Assembly: GCA_963713045.1 (NCBI GenBank)
Contig: CAVQKE010000001.1
Span: forward strand, 224,001-288,000
Direction: 5' to 3'
DNA: 64,000 nt
From: an uncultured delta proteobacterium
GTDB taxonomy: Bacteria > Myxococcota > Myxococcia > Myxococcales > Myxococcaceae
Below the pieces are notes generated by a model, which saw only the letters and a list, made by a program, of their open reading frames with translations, was not told where the DNA came from and did not search any database. Below are positions 1 through 9,300 of this stretch, piece by piece (within the stretch, counting starts at the first letter, position 1; each line of letters starts with the position of its first letter). The translations under genes were made by a program, and so were the position numbers.

Positions 1-362
1 GACCCGGGCCATGATGCGACTCGAGCGCGGCACCGGCTGGTCGGGCCGTGTGAGATGAGGTCACCCGCGGGGGCGGTAAAACCAACCCAGTCTTCCCCTG
101 GGTTTAGCTGACGGGGCGGCGTGGGATGCTAGGCTTCACGCTATGTCGATTCTGCGCGGCTTTACGCCGCGGCCGCGCGCGCAGGGCCTCCTGACCGAAG
201 CCATCGACGGTGAAATCCTGCTGTACGTCGAGGCGACGCATCAGGCTTTCTGTCTGAATGCCGCCGCCGCACGCATCTGGACGTTGTGTGACGGACGGCG
301 AAGCCTGGCAGCAATCGCCGCCGGAGCGGCGTTGGACGTGGAAGTTGTCGCCCATGCCCTAG

Positions 363-1858
363 GAGACCGTCCCCTTAAGGGGGGCGCAGGCCGATGGGGG
401 TGGTGGGCGGGAGATGAGCATTAAGGCGGAGCGGCGGCTACGCCGCCCGGCGGGCCAATTTGAGCAGGTTGTGGGCGGTACAGGCCATCGCCCACTCGTG
501 ACGGACCTTCTTGATGCCCCTCAGCAGCATCCGCCGCATCCCCATCTCTTCCTTCATCTGTCCGAAGACAGGTTCCACCACCTGCTTGCGGAGCCGGTAG
601 CGGCTCCGGTGTCCGCCCCTTCGGAGCTTCTCGCCCATAGCACGCGAGAGCTTTCCCATCGGGGCGCCGCGCTTTCTCTTGCCGCCCTTTGCTTCCGTCC
701 TCCTGGCGACCGCGATGTAGCCGCGGACGCGCCGACGCTTGAGCTCTTGCAGGTTCGCCTCGGACAGGTAGCCCGTGTCCGCCGAGAGCTCTTCGGGGTT
801 CCGGCCGACGTTGGCGCGGATTTGCTTCAGCATCGGCACCAGTTCCGGGGCGTCCGCCGGCGAGGCCGCTGCACTGTGCGCCACTATTACTTGGGCTGTG
901 GCATCCACTGCCGCCTGGAAGTTGTACCCCTGCAGGAAGCCATTCGGTCCCTTCAGCAGTTTGCTCTCCGGGTCCGTGAAATTCAGCTGGGCCTCGTCGT
1001 TCGGCTCGCCGTTCTCCTTGGGGCGCTTCCCTTTCCGCCCCCTCGGCGGCTTGTCGGGGCCGTCGGGCTTCACCGGTGCGGGCTTGACCCCCGCCTCCAG
1101 CTGCGCCTTCGCGTCAGCCTCCAGCTCGGCCTTGGCTGCCCGGATGACTTCCAGACGTTTCTGCTTGTTGGTCACCCACTCCGGCATCTCATCGCCGCTG
1201 TTGTCCTTGCCATACTCGGCGTCTTCCGCCTCGTCGATGGCCTGGGACTCGGCAAACCACTGCGCAATCTCCGCCTTCAATTCCTTCTCTGTCTTTTTCA
1301 TGCGCGCATAACTCATGGCCTTGTGCTTCGAGGCGTTGGCCTGAATTTTCGTCCCGTCCAGGGCAACGTGCCCCAGCTTCACCATGCCCGCCTTCTGGCA
1401 CAGGTGCAGCACCTGGCCGAAGAGGGCGGCAAGCGCCTCGAGGTGCCGAAGTCGAAACTTGTTGACCGTCCTGAAGTCCGGCCGCTGCATGGCCGTCACA
1501 GCCATAAAGTCGACGCGGGTCTCGCAGGCACGGGCTATTTTTCTCGAGGAGCGCACCCCTTGCGTGTACGCGAAGAGCAGAAGCGCGGTCATCATCACCG
1601 GGTGGTAGGGGGGAAATCCCCGCTCCTCCTCGTACGTCCCCAGAATGGCGTCGAGGTTCAGCTCCTCTCTCACCAACTCCCGGATGAAGTGGGCAGCGTC
1701 GCGGGCCGGCACCAGGTCCCGAACCGACGGCGGGAGCAGCCACGCTTCGTCCACCTTCCACTCCCGAAACGTCTTCGCCATTCGCAGAGGCAATCACACC
1801 TGGACTGCGGGACGCAATCCCCCCACCATCTCCCCGTGACCATTACGGGGACAGGCTC
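363..1858 (-). mobile_element. IS1182-family insertion sequence
   Basis: CTAG duplicated at 359-362 and 1859-1862; terminal inverted repeats GAGACCGTCCCCTTAA vs GAGCCTGTCCCCGTAA (13/16 match); encloses a transposase. Confidence 0.92.
438..1781 (-). CDS. IS1182-family DDE transposase
   Basis: Motifs PPYHPVMM, SSRKIARAC, PDFRTVNKFR, VALDGTKIQANAS, ADTGY, YRLRKQVVEPVFGQMK; frame is intact. Confidence 0.95.
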   Translation of the reverse strand: MAKTFREWKVDEAWLLPPSVRDLVPARDAAHFIRELVREELNLDAILGTYEEERGFPPYHPVMMTALLLFAYTQGVRSSRKIARACETRVDFMAVTAMQRPDFRTVNKFRLRHLEALAALFGQVLHLCQKAGMVKLGHVALDGTKIQANASKHKAMSYARMKKTEKELKAEIAQWFAESQAIDEAEDAEYGKDNSGDEMPEWVTNKQKRLEVIRAAKAELEADAKAQLEAGVKPAPVKPDGPDKPPRGRKGKRPKENGEPNDEAQLNFTDPESKLLKGPNGFLQGYNFQAAVDATAQVIVAHSAAASPADAPELVPMLKQIRANVGRNPEELSADTGYLSEANLQELKRRRVRGYIAVARRTEAKGGKRKRGAPMGKLSRAMGEKLRRGGHRSRYRLRKQVVEPVFGQMKEEMGMRRMLLRGIKKVRHEWAMACTAHNLLKLARRAA

Positions 1859-2118
1859 CTAGGGCACTTCGCGGAGTCTGGGTTGCTAGAGAACGCGCCG
1901 GACAGAGTGATGAATTTGTCGCGACGCCGCGTGCTCAGGGGCGTCGGGCTGGCTGCCATTCCCATCATCCTCATGGTGACTGCACCCGAAGCTAGAGCCG
2001 CTGGCTCCTGTACGGTTGGCCTCAACAACGGCGGGGCGCCCTGTAACAACACCACCACTTTTTGCTGCACTGGCATCTGCGACGAAGGCAACGGCACCTG
2101 CCACTAGGACTTGCACCA

Positions 2119-3219
2119 GTGAACTCCTCCACCACCAGCATGGGTCGCTTCATCGCTCGGGGCATCCGAACGGCCTGGCGTGAAACCCCGGAGCCCCTCG
2201 CTGAGGAGGTAGGCCGAGGCTTGAACGTTCTTGCACCACGGCTGCTCGACGCTGGGTGCGGCGGACTCGGCTGGTGGGCAGTCCGGAACACGCCGTGGGC
2301 AGAGGACCCGAGTGCGACTGTGCTCCACCAGGCATTTCGCGTCCATGCTCTGGAGGCTGCGCGGCATCGGTTGGCGCTCGAAAGCGTGCTGACAAGCTTC
2401 AACCGCGCCGGCCTGGAACCCATCGCTTTTAAAGGGTGGACCATCGCGCACCTCTACGCCCACCCCGCTCTTCGTCCCTTCGGTGACATCGACCTCTTGG
2501 TCGATGTTGGTGACGAACCGGCCGCTCGACGTGCCATCGCAACTCTTCCGAGCGCCCTGCAGCCCCTGGTGGACCTCGACATGCGCGTCCTTGGCCGATT
2601 TTTGCCCGACCGAACCTTTGAAGAGCTGGTCGGTCGGGCATCCCGTCAGACGGTGGGCGCAGCCCAGTGCCGCGTGCTCGCGCCGGAGGACCATCTGCGG
2701 CTCATTTGTCTGCACCAGTTGGACCACGGCGGTTGGCGCCCGCTGTGGCTGTGTGACGTCGCAGCCTTCGTTGAGCGGCTGCCGTTGGGGTTTCAGTGGG
2801 CGCAGTGCCTCAAGGGAAACCCACGCCTCAGCGACAGCGTCGTGGCCTTACTGTGCTTAGCCGAGGAATTGCTTGGGGCCAGGCTTCCGCCAGAAGTCCC
2901 ACGTCGTCCTGCACCTGCCTGGTTCCGAAACGCCACCCTGCGAGGTTGGGGGGGCGGCTTTCAGAAGCCGCCTGAGTCTCTGTACAAGCTGCACCGGCTC
3001 GGCTGGAAGCGCACTCTGGCGGCGATTGTCGCGCGGTGGCCCGACCCAATTTCCGCGACGCTGCACCTGCGTGCACCCTTCCGTTGGGTGCCACGCTGGC
3101 TTGTGCAGACGGCCGAATGCGGGCGCCGGGCCGTTGCCTTCCTCGGCCGATCCTGGAGCGCCAGCTGGACGAGATTTCTGTCTTCGGACGGAGTCGATGG
3201 TCACGGAGCCCTGCTGTGA
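2119..3219 (+). CDS. nucleotidyltransferase family protein (NTP_transf_5-like)
   Basis: FKGWTIAHLYAHPALRPFGDIDLLV, PEDHLRLICLH and RPLWLCDVA motifs; GTG start after AGGA. Confidence 0.85.
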   Translation: MNSSTTSMGRFIARGIRTAWRETPEPLAEEVGRGLNVLAPRLLDAGCGGLGWWAVRNTPWAEDPSATVLHQAFRVHALEAARHRLALESVLTSFNRAGLEPIAFKGWTIAHLYAHPALRPFGDIDLLVDVGDEPAARRAIATLPSALQPLVDLDMRVLGRFLPDRTFEELVGRASRQTVGAAQCRVLAPEDHLRLICLHQLDHGGWRPLWLCDVAAFVERLPLGFQWAQCLKGNPRLSDSVVALLCLAEELLGARLPPEVPRRPAPAWFRNATLRGWGGGFQKPPESLYKLHRLGWKRTLAAIVARWPDPISATLHLRAPFRWVPRWLVQTAECGRRAVAFLGRSWSASWTRFLSSDGVDGHGALL

Positions 3220-6200
3220 CGGCTCGAGGAGCACGCTTCAGTTTCTTCGTCTTGGCGCTCCTCTCCGGACGTGCCGCCCAGGCGCAATTCACCTGGACCG
3301 GGGCGGGTGGAAACAACAATTGGAGCACCCCGAACAATTGGAATCCTGTCGGGCCGCCGACAACGGGGGCCGATGTCGTGTTCACCACCGCCTCGACGCC
3401 TTCCCTCAACGTCAACGCGACGGTGGGGACGCTCAGCAAGACAGGAGCTGGCACCACGACCATCAGCGCGACGGGCACAAATGCCCTGACCATCAACACC
3501 GGAATTACCAAATCCGCCGGCGTCTTAAACATCTCCGCGGACATCATCCTTGGAAGCGCCGGCGAGGCCTGGAGCTTCAACGGCAATACCAACACCTTCA
3601 GCGGGAACATCAGCGGGGCGAGCTTTACAAAAACCGGTGCGGGCGGGAATTTGGTCTTGAGCGGCAACAACACCTTCGCTGGCGCCACCGTCACCGTCAA
3701 CGCTTTGCGCGCAACCACCTCGGCGGCACTGGGGACAAGCGCCACCACCATCACCCTTGCCGGTGGCAACTTGCAGCTCCAGGGCGGGGGCCTGACATTG
3801 CCAGTCGGCGTGGTCGCGACCGGCAGCGAGAATCTCAACCTCGGTGGTGCGGCCAATTCGCTGGCCAGCCTCACGGTTGCAAGTGGGGCCACAGTCACCC
3901 TCACCGGCGGCGGCACCCTCAGCGTTGGCACCTTGTCGGGGAGTGGAACCATCGCTGGAACCGTCACCGTCACCGGCAACTTGACCCCTGGAACGGGGGG
4001 TACCGGAACGCTGACCACAGGCGCCCTGACGCTGAACGCCGGGACCAATCTCAACTTCAGCTTTCATGCGCCGCCAACGACGAATAGCACCACCACCACC
4101 GGCCGGCTGACGCTGAACGGCCTCGTCAACATCGTCAATGCGGGCGGCCTGGCCATCGGCGCGTACCCAGTCTTCACCTACAACAACATCACCAATGGCA
4201 ACACGGTCGCGCTCGGCACTGTGCCAGCGGGCTTTTCGTATGGGATTCGGGCGACCACCACCACTGGCGCCGGCACCGTCTTCATCGATGTGGGCCGAAA
4301 GCCCTCCGCGGCCACCATCGTCCCCATCGCAGCCGAGTATGACGGCACCGCTTCGCGAATCGCCTGGAGCGCTCAAGAATCGCAAAACCTGGGCTTCCGG
4401 ATTTGGCGCGACTCGGGAGGAACGCGGAAGCTCATCAGTCCTGGCCTGGTTGCGGGATTTGCCCTCCGCGCTCGGGTGCAGCGGGCGGCTGGGCAGAGCT
4501 ATTTCTGGACGGACTCAGGTGCGCCGAACGGCGGCACCTACTGGATTGAAGCCGTCGACGTCCAAGGCCGGAGCGATTGGACGGGCCCCATCACCACTCA
4601 ACAGGGGACCGCCTTGAAAGGTGTCCCCGCATCCGCTTTCCTCACCACCCCAAGCCAGTCCCTGGCAGGGACGCTGGCCCCTTCCATCCCAAGTAGGGTG
4701 CTTGGCCAAGTCGGCGCGGCTGCCAGCACCAATCGTTCACGACAGTGGGCACTCGCGGCAGCGGCGGCTGTCAAGCTGCAGGTGCAGGACCAGGGCGTCT
4801 ACCAGGTGAGTGCAGAACAGTTGTTTGCGGCCGGAATCCCGCAGGGTACGCCAGTCGCCTCGCTGAGTCTGTGGGCGGCCACTCAGCCCGTCTCCTTCAA
4901 CGTCATCAGCGCCGACGGGGTGCACCTGCAGGCGGGGGACGCCATCGAATTCTACGGCGTTGGCCTCGACACCTACTACACGGACACTCAGGTCTACTGG
5001 CTCACCACCCAACTCGCTGGCGGCCAGCTGATGGGCACCGCATCTGGGCTGGCTTCTTCTCAGGCTGGCACCAGCTTCCTCGAGACCCTGGTTAACCCTC
5101 AACACGCCAACTACACGGATTTGCCAGGCATCGCCTCAAGTAACCGCTTCTACGGCTCAGTCCTCACCCCCTCCTATGGGCTGCTCCTCACGGACCAGGA
5201 AGTCTTCTCGACGCCCCTCCTCGACGCATCCTCGACGAGTGCGAGCACCCTTGCCGTCGCCATCCAAGGGCTCAGCCCAGGACCCCACGCCGTCAATGTG
5301 CTTTTCAACGGGACGACCATCGGCTCCATCACTGGGACGGGCGTGCAACTGATGAGTGGCAGCTTCACGCTGGCCCCCGGGCTTCTCTTGGCGGGCGGCA
5401 ACCAAGTCGAACTCGTCCCTCAGCCATCGCCGGGAAACTCGCAATCAGATGTCACCGGTGTTGCCTCGGAGACGCTCATCTACCCGCGCCTGTTGACCAA
5501 CGGCGGTGGCCCGCTGCAATTCACGGCGCCCGGCCAGTCCAGCGTCGCGCTCACCGGCTTCGGGTCGGGAACGCGCGTTTTGGACGTCACCAATCCCCTC
5601 AGCCCCAGTCTAGTCGCGGCGCACGTCGACAGCACGTCGGGCACGCTGCTGGTCGACGTTCCCGGACAAGGAAGTCGCACGCTGTACGCCTTTCAGCCCT
5701 CGGACATTCAAAGCCCCGGCGTGGTGTCAAACGCTCCCTCTTCCTGGCACTCGGCCGAGGGGGCGGACCTGGTCATCATCGCCCACGCCAGCCTCCTGGC
5801 GAGCGTTCAACCCCTGGTTGCGCAGCGCCAACAGGAAGGCCTCAAAGTCCTGGCCGTCGACGTCCAAGACGTCTACGACGAATTCGGCTTCGGGGAGAAG
5901 AGCGCCGCCGCGCTTCAGAGCTTCCTTCAATTCGCCTCGGGCAACTGGGGGATTCCGCCTTCGTATGTGCTGTTGGTCGGCAACGGCACCTACGACCCTC
6001 GCGGTTACTTCGGAAGCCCTGAGCTGGACCTGGTCCCCATCCTTCAAGTCGAGACGTCGCAGATGTACACCGCCTCGGACGATGCCTTCGTCACTTTCGG
6101 CGGCCAGGCTCAGACGATTGCCATCGGACGGCTCCCTCTTCGCAATGCGATGGACTCGGCAATCGCGGTGCAAAAAATCCTTGGGCGAACGTTGCTGAGT

Positions 6201-6959
6201 CCGACCGCCTCTTTCTTGTTTGTCCAGGGCACCCCGCGCTACGTCTCCGACGACTTTGGAGCGGACACGGCACTTGTCCACTCGGTCGTATCAAGTTGGC
6301 CATCGCAACAAGTTGGTCCACTTCCCGATGGAGGCGTCGATACCAGCGTCGCGGCGGCTCTCATTTCCGCCATCAAGGCTGGCCCGGCGGTTGTCACCTA
6401 TGAGGGCCATGGCCTCGAGGACTCGTGGTACCCCACCACGTTGTTTTCCGGCGTCGACACCACTGCACTGGCGGGGACGGGAATGTCCTCCGTTTTCCTG
6501 GCCGCCACCTGCCTCAACGGCTACTTCCTCGACGCCGAGCCCGCCAGTGAAAGCTTGGCGGAGCAGCTTTTGCGGACTGACGCAGGAGGTGCCTGGGCCG
6601 TGTGGTCATCCACCGGCGAAACCAACTCCACGGACCATGCGGCCTTCAGCGCGGCCCTCCTCCAAGCCGCTGCCGTTGAGGGCATGACGCTGGGGAAGGC
6701 AACGCTGGCTGCCAAGGCTTCCGAGTCCGACCCAGATGTTCGCACCGTCTTCCACCTGTTCGGCGACCCGAGTTCCCGACTGACTCCAGCCAAGGCCAGC
6801 GGTGCAATCGCTGAAGCTGGCGGCGTTCAGGCCCAGGCGTCGTCTGGCTGCGGGACGCCCGGGAGCGCCGCGTTGGCGGTGCTCCCCCTCGTCGCCCTGG
6901 CCTTGGCGTTCAACGCTCGTTCCCGTCGCTCCGCGGCGGTACGCGCGCGCCAGCGCTAG
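3216..6959 (+). CDS. secreted C25 (gingipain-family) cysteine peptidase with autotransporter-associated beta-strand repeats and a MYXO-CTERM-like tail
   Basis: Signal peptide; KTGAG..LVLSGNN repeats; VDVQDVYDEFGFG, YVLLVGNGTYDP, IGRLP, YEGHG (His), ATCLNGYF (Cys), LFGDP; C-terminal SSGCG, TM segment, RSRR. Confidence 0.88.
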   Translation: MTARGARFSFFVLALLSGRAAQAQFTWTGAGGNNNWSTPNNWNPVGPPTTGADVVFTTASTPSLNVNATVGTLSKTGAGTTTISATGTNALTINTGITKSAGVLNISADIILGSAGEAWSFNGNTNTFSGNISGASFTKTGAGGNLVLSGNNTFAGATVTVNALRATTSAALGTSATTITLAGGNLQLQGGGLTLPVGVVATGSENLNLGGAANSLASLTVASGATVTLTGGGTLSVGTLSGSGTIAGTVTVTGNLTPGTGGTGTLTTGALTLNAGTNLNFSFHAPPTTNSTTTTGRLTLNGLVNIVNAGGLAIGAYPVFTYNNITNGNTVALGTVPAGFSYGIRATTTTGAGTVFIDVGRKPSAATIVPIAAEYDGTASRIAWSAQESQNLGFRIWRDSGGTRKLISPGLVAGFALRARVQRAAGQSYFWTDSGAPNGGTYWIEAVDVQGRSDWTGPITTQQGTALKGVPASAFLTTPSQSLAGTLAPSIPSRVLGQVGAAASTNRSRQWALAAAAAVKLQVQDQGVYQVSAEQLFAAGIPQGTPVASLSLWAATQPVSFNVISADGVHLQAGDAIEFYGVGLDTYYTDTQVYWLTTQLAGGQLMGTASGLASSQAGTSFLETLVNPQHANYTDLPGIASSNRFYGSVLTPSYGLLLTDQEVFSTPLLDASSTSASTLAVAIQGLSPGPHAVNVLFNGTTIGSITGTGVQLMSGSFTLAPGLLLAGGNQVELVPQPSPGNSQSDVTGVASETLIYPRLLTNGGGPLQFTAPGQSSVALTGFGSGTRVLDVTNPLSPSLVAAHVDSTSGTLLVDVPGQGSRTLYAFQPSDIQSPGVVSNAPSSWHSAEGADLVIIAHASLLASVQPLVAQRQQEGLKVLAVDVQDVYDEFGFGEKSAAALQSFLQFASGNWGIPPSYVLLVGNGTYDPRGYFGSPELDLVPILQVETSQMYTASDDAFVTFGGQAQTIAIGRLPLRNAMDSAIAVQKILGRTLLSPTASFLFVQGTPRYVSDDFGADTALVHSVVSSWPSQQVGPLPDGGVDTSVAAALISAIKAGPAVVTYEGHGLEDSWYPTTLFSGVDTTALAGTGMSSVFLAATCLNGYFLDAEPASESLAEQLLRTDAGGAWAVWSSTGETNSTDHAAFSAALLQAAAVEGMTLGKATLAAKASESDPDVRTVFHLFGDPSSRLTPAKASGAIAEAGGVQAQASSGCGTPGSAALAVLPLVALALAFNARSRRSAAVRARQR

Positions 6960-6987
6960 CATCCCAACTTCCTGAGTGGTCTTGCGC

Positions 6988-7320
6988 TTACGAAGGGCGG
7001 CCGGCGCGCTGTAACTCTTTGGAAAGCCGCCCAGTGAGTGCCGCCCACCACATTTTGAAGTCCGCCGCGAACGACCAGAGCGGATAGCGGAAGGTGGCCG
7101 GGCGGTTGTGCTCGACCAAGAAGTGACCCAGCCAGGCGAAGGCGTAACCGCAGACAAGCGCACCGGGCAAGAGTAGCCAGCGTCCTGTCGTCACGGCAGA
7201 AAGCGCGAGCAGGATGGCGAGCGACGTCCCCACCAAGTGTAAGACCCGGGTGCCAGGGCGACTGTGCTCGCTGAGGTAGTAGGGCCAAAACTGCGCGAAG
7301 CTGGTCATGCGTTCGGCCAT
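6988..7320 (-). CDS. DUF962/Mpo1-like membrane protein
   Basis: SFAQFWPYYLSEHS, LHLVGT, AWLGHFLVEHNRPATFRYP. Confidence 0.88.
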   Translation of the reverse strand: MAERMTSFAQFWPYYLSEHSRPGTRVLHLVGTSLAILLALSAVTTGRWLLLPGALVCGYAFAWLGHFLVEHNRPATFRYPLWSFAADFKMWWAALTGRLSKELQRAGRPS

Positions 7321-7386
7321 GGCGTCTGGTCCCTCCTCGGCCCACCAAGGACGCTACCCCAATCCTCTTGTCCGTCCACGGAAGCT

Positions 7387-8223
7387 TTAGCGCCCAAAGC
7401 CGCCCGGGCGAGGCTGGTACCCCAGTTCGGCGAGAAATGTCCGGCACTCTTCCACCAGTGGTCCCTCCAGGCCGGGCGCACACGCCACCACGTCACCCAC
7501 CGCGAGGTCCAAAGGCGCCCCGTCAATGCGGAGGCACAATCCACCGGCCTCCACCACCAGCAGCGCTCCGGCGGCAACGTCCCAAGGCTTGAGGCCGAAC
7601 TCGAAATACCCATCAAAGCGGCCGGCGGCTAGCCAGGCCAACTCCAAGGCAGCGCTGCCCATGCGCCGGATGCCTTGCGCCTTGCGAATGAAGCGCTGCA
7701 GCAGGCCCATCGGGCCCTCTGGGTGCTGGTGGACGTTGTAGGGAAAGCCGGTGCACAACAGGGACCGCTTCAAGTCGACAGCCTCAGAGACGCGCAGCGC
7801 AATGCCGTTGCAAGTGGCCCCGCGACCTCGAGCTGCGGCGTAGAGCTCGTCCTTGAGCGGCTCATACACCACGCCGGCAAGCAGGCCCTCCGGCCCCTCC
7901 ACCGCCACCGACACACAGAAGTGCGGAAGGTGGTGCGCATAGTTGGTGGTGCCATCCAGCGGGTCCACGAGCCAGCGGTAACGCCCAGCGCCCGACGCAC
8001 CACTCTCCTCGGCCAGCACCGAATGCTGCGGGTGACGCGCCCGTAAGAAACCGAGCACCGCCGCCTCACTCGCTTGGTCCGCATCGGTGACAAGGTCGAT
8101 GCCACCTTTGAAGCTGATGGTGCGAGAGCCAGCGAAGGAGTCGCGTAGAACAGCGCCGCCCAGACGGGCCGCTGCCTCCGCCGAGGCCAGCAGCATTTCG
8201 ACTGGCTCGACCGCTGAAGTCAT
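7387..8223 (-). CDS. suhB: inositol monophosphatase
   Basis: DLVTDAD, WLVDPLDGTTNYAH, RRMGSAAL, KPWDVAAG. Confidence 0.93.
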   Translation of the reverse strand: MTSAVEPVEMLLASAEAAARLGGAVLRDSFAGSRTISFKGGIDLVTDADQASEAAVLGFLRARHPQHSVLAEESGASGAGRYRWLVDPLDGTTNYAHHLPHFCVSVAVEGPEGLLAGVVYEPLKDELYAAARGRGATCNGIALRVSEAVDLKRSLLCTGFPYNVHQHPEGPMGLLQRFIRKAQGIRRMGSAALELAWLAAGRFDGYFEFGLKPWDVAAGALLVVEAGGLCLRIDGAPLDLAVGDVVACAPGLEGPLVEECRTFLAELGYQPRPGGFGR

Positions 8224-8720
8224 GGCTTGGCGGGCGTGCTCAGCATGAGATTAACCTTCTCAGCGATGAGCGCTGCCGTGCCCTCTTCTGTGAAGACGAG
8301 GTTGCCAGCGCGGTCAAACACCCAGGTGGTGGGCATCTTTTGCAGGCCCAGCCTCTGGGTGAGCACGCCACCTCCCGGGTCCAGGAGAACTGGCAAGTCG
8401 ATGTGAAACGTCATCAGGAAGGGCTGCACCGTCCCAGGACTGGTGTCGATGTTGACGGCGTAGACGCGCACTCCCTGCGTCGCCCACTGCTTGGCCAGGG
8501 CGTCCAGTTGAGGAAGCTCTCTCTCGCAGGGCTGGCACCAGCTTGCCCAGGCGTCGAGGACGACGATGTAGCCGCGGTCATCCGCAAAGGAATGCGCCGT
8601 CGTCGCAGGCCAAATGGGGAGGGAGAAGTCGAGGACGCCGCCCGAAGGCGGTTTGGGCGGCGGCGCGCTGGCACATGCCAGAAGGGCCGCAAGAAACCCG
8701 ACCATCAGCACCTGCTTCAT
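8220..8720 (-). CDS. TlpA-family thiol-disulfide reductase (lipoprotein)
   Basis: LLAC lipobox, WASWCQPC, MPTTWVFDR; ATG at 8720 with a GAGG RBS. Confidence 0.88.
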   Translation of the reverse strand: MKQVLMVGFLAALLACASAPPPKPPSGGVLDFSLPIWPATTAHSFADDRGYIVVLDAWASWCQPCERELPQLDALAKQWATQGVRVYAVNIDTSPGTVQPFLMTFHIDLPVLLDPGGGVLTQRLGLQKMPTTWVFDRAGNLVFTEEGTAALIAEKVNLMLSTPAKP

Positions 8721-9300
8721 TTTCCACCTCCCACAAGGACATTGAGTTTCGCTGTGAGGGCAGCGGCAATGTTGCTGTCCTATCCCTCCTCGTACCAGGA
8801 GACCTTGCCTTTGCCGTCGAGAATCCACGTCGTGGGAATGGAGCCAAGGGCAAGACCACCGCCAGCGGCTGGCCGCTGGGGTCCACCAAAATGTCCGTAT
8901 AGCCGGGCAAGGTCCTCAGCAGCGCCGGAAAGCGCGTAGCGTCCGGTTCGATGTTGACGGCGTGAATGTGAACCTCTTGGGCGGCAAATTGCCTCCCCGC
9001 GGCGTCCAGCTGGGGAAGCGCCTCCACGCAGGCGCGGCAGGAAGTCCCCCACGCGGTCAACACCACCAGGTGTCCACGGTCGTCCGACTGCGCCCACCAG
9101 AGGCCGGTCGGCCACTCCATAAAGGACAGCGGGTCCGTGGGCAGGGGTTGTGGCTGCGGTTCTTCCGGCGCCCCGCCCATGACATCGGTGGTGATGGACA
9201 TCCCGAACATGCCACCACTGCTGCCCGCGCCGATGCCCATCCCAACAGACGGCGTACACCCGACAAATAGGGCCAAGGGAACGCAGCCCCACCCTCTCAT
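8717..9300 (-). pseudogene. second TlpA-like lipoprotein with a frameshift (about 8860) and an in-frame TAG (8780)
   Basis: WGTSCRAC lies in one frame and SIPTTWILDGKG in another. Past the TAG the frame continues DSNIAAALTAKLNVLVGGGK* and overlaps the next ATG. Confidence 0.7.

Larger units (their letters stand above)
143..2107 (+). pseudogene. PqqD/RRE-family protein fused to a Tat-like segment and a Cys-rich peptide, interrupted by IS1182 (pieces 143-362 and 1863-2107; 154 aa when rejoined)
   Basis: N-terminal part LLTEAIDGEILLYVEATHQAFCLNAAAARIWTLCDG is PqqD-like. Removing 363-1862 restores the frame: ...AHALGHFAESGLLENAPDRVMNLSRRRVLRG...GSCTVGLNNGGAPCNNTTTFCCTGICDEGNGTCH*. Confidence 0.85.

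Noticed and set aside
1..58. End of an upstream plus-strand gene (TRAMMRLERGTGWSGRVR*)
   Set aside because: Too little sequence to assign.
414..1862. 482-aa plus-strand ORF and similar long overlapping ORFs
   Set aside because: Antisense or alternate-frame shadows of real genes in high-GC DNA.
8780..8782. In-frame TAG as pyrrolysine recoding
   Set aside because: The same gene also has a frameshift, the site is not catalytic, and no pyl genes are seen.
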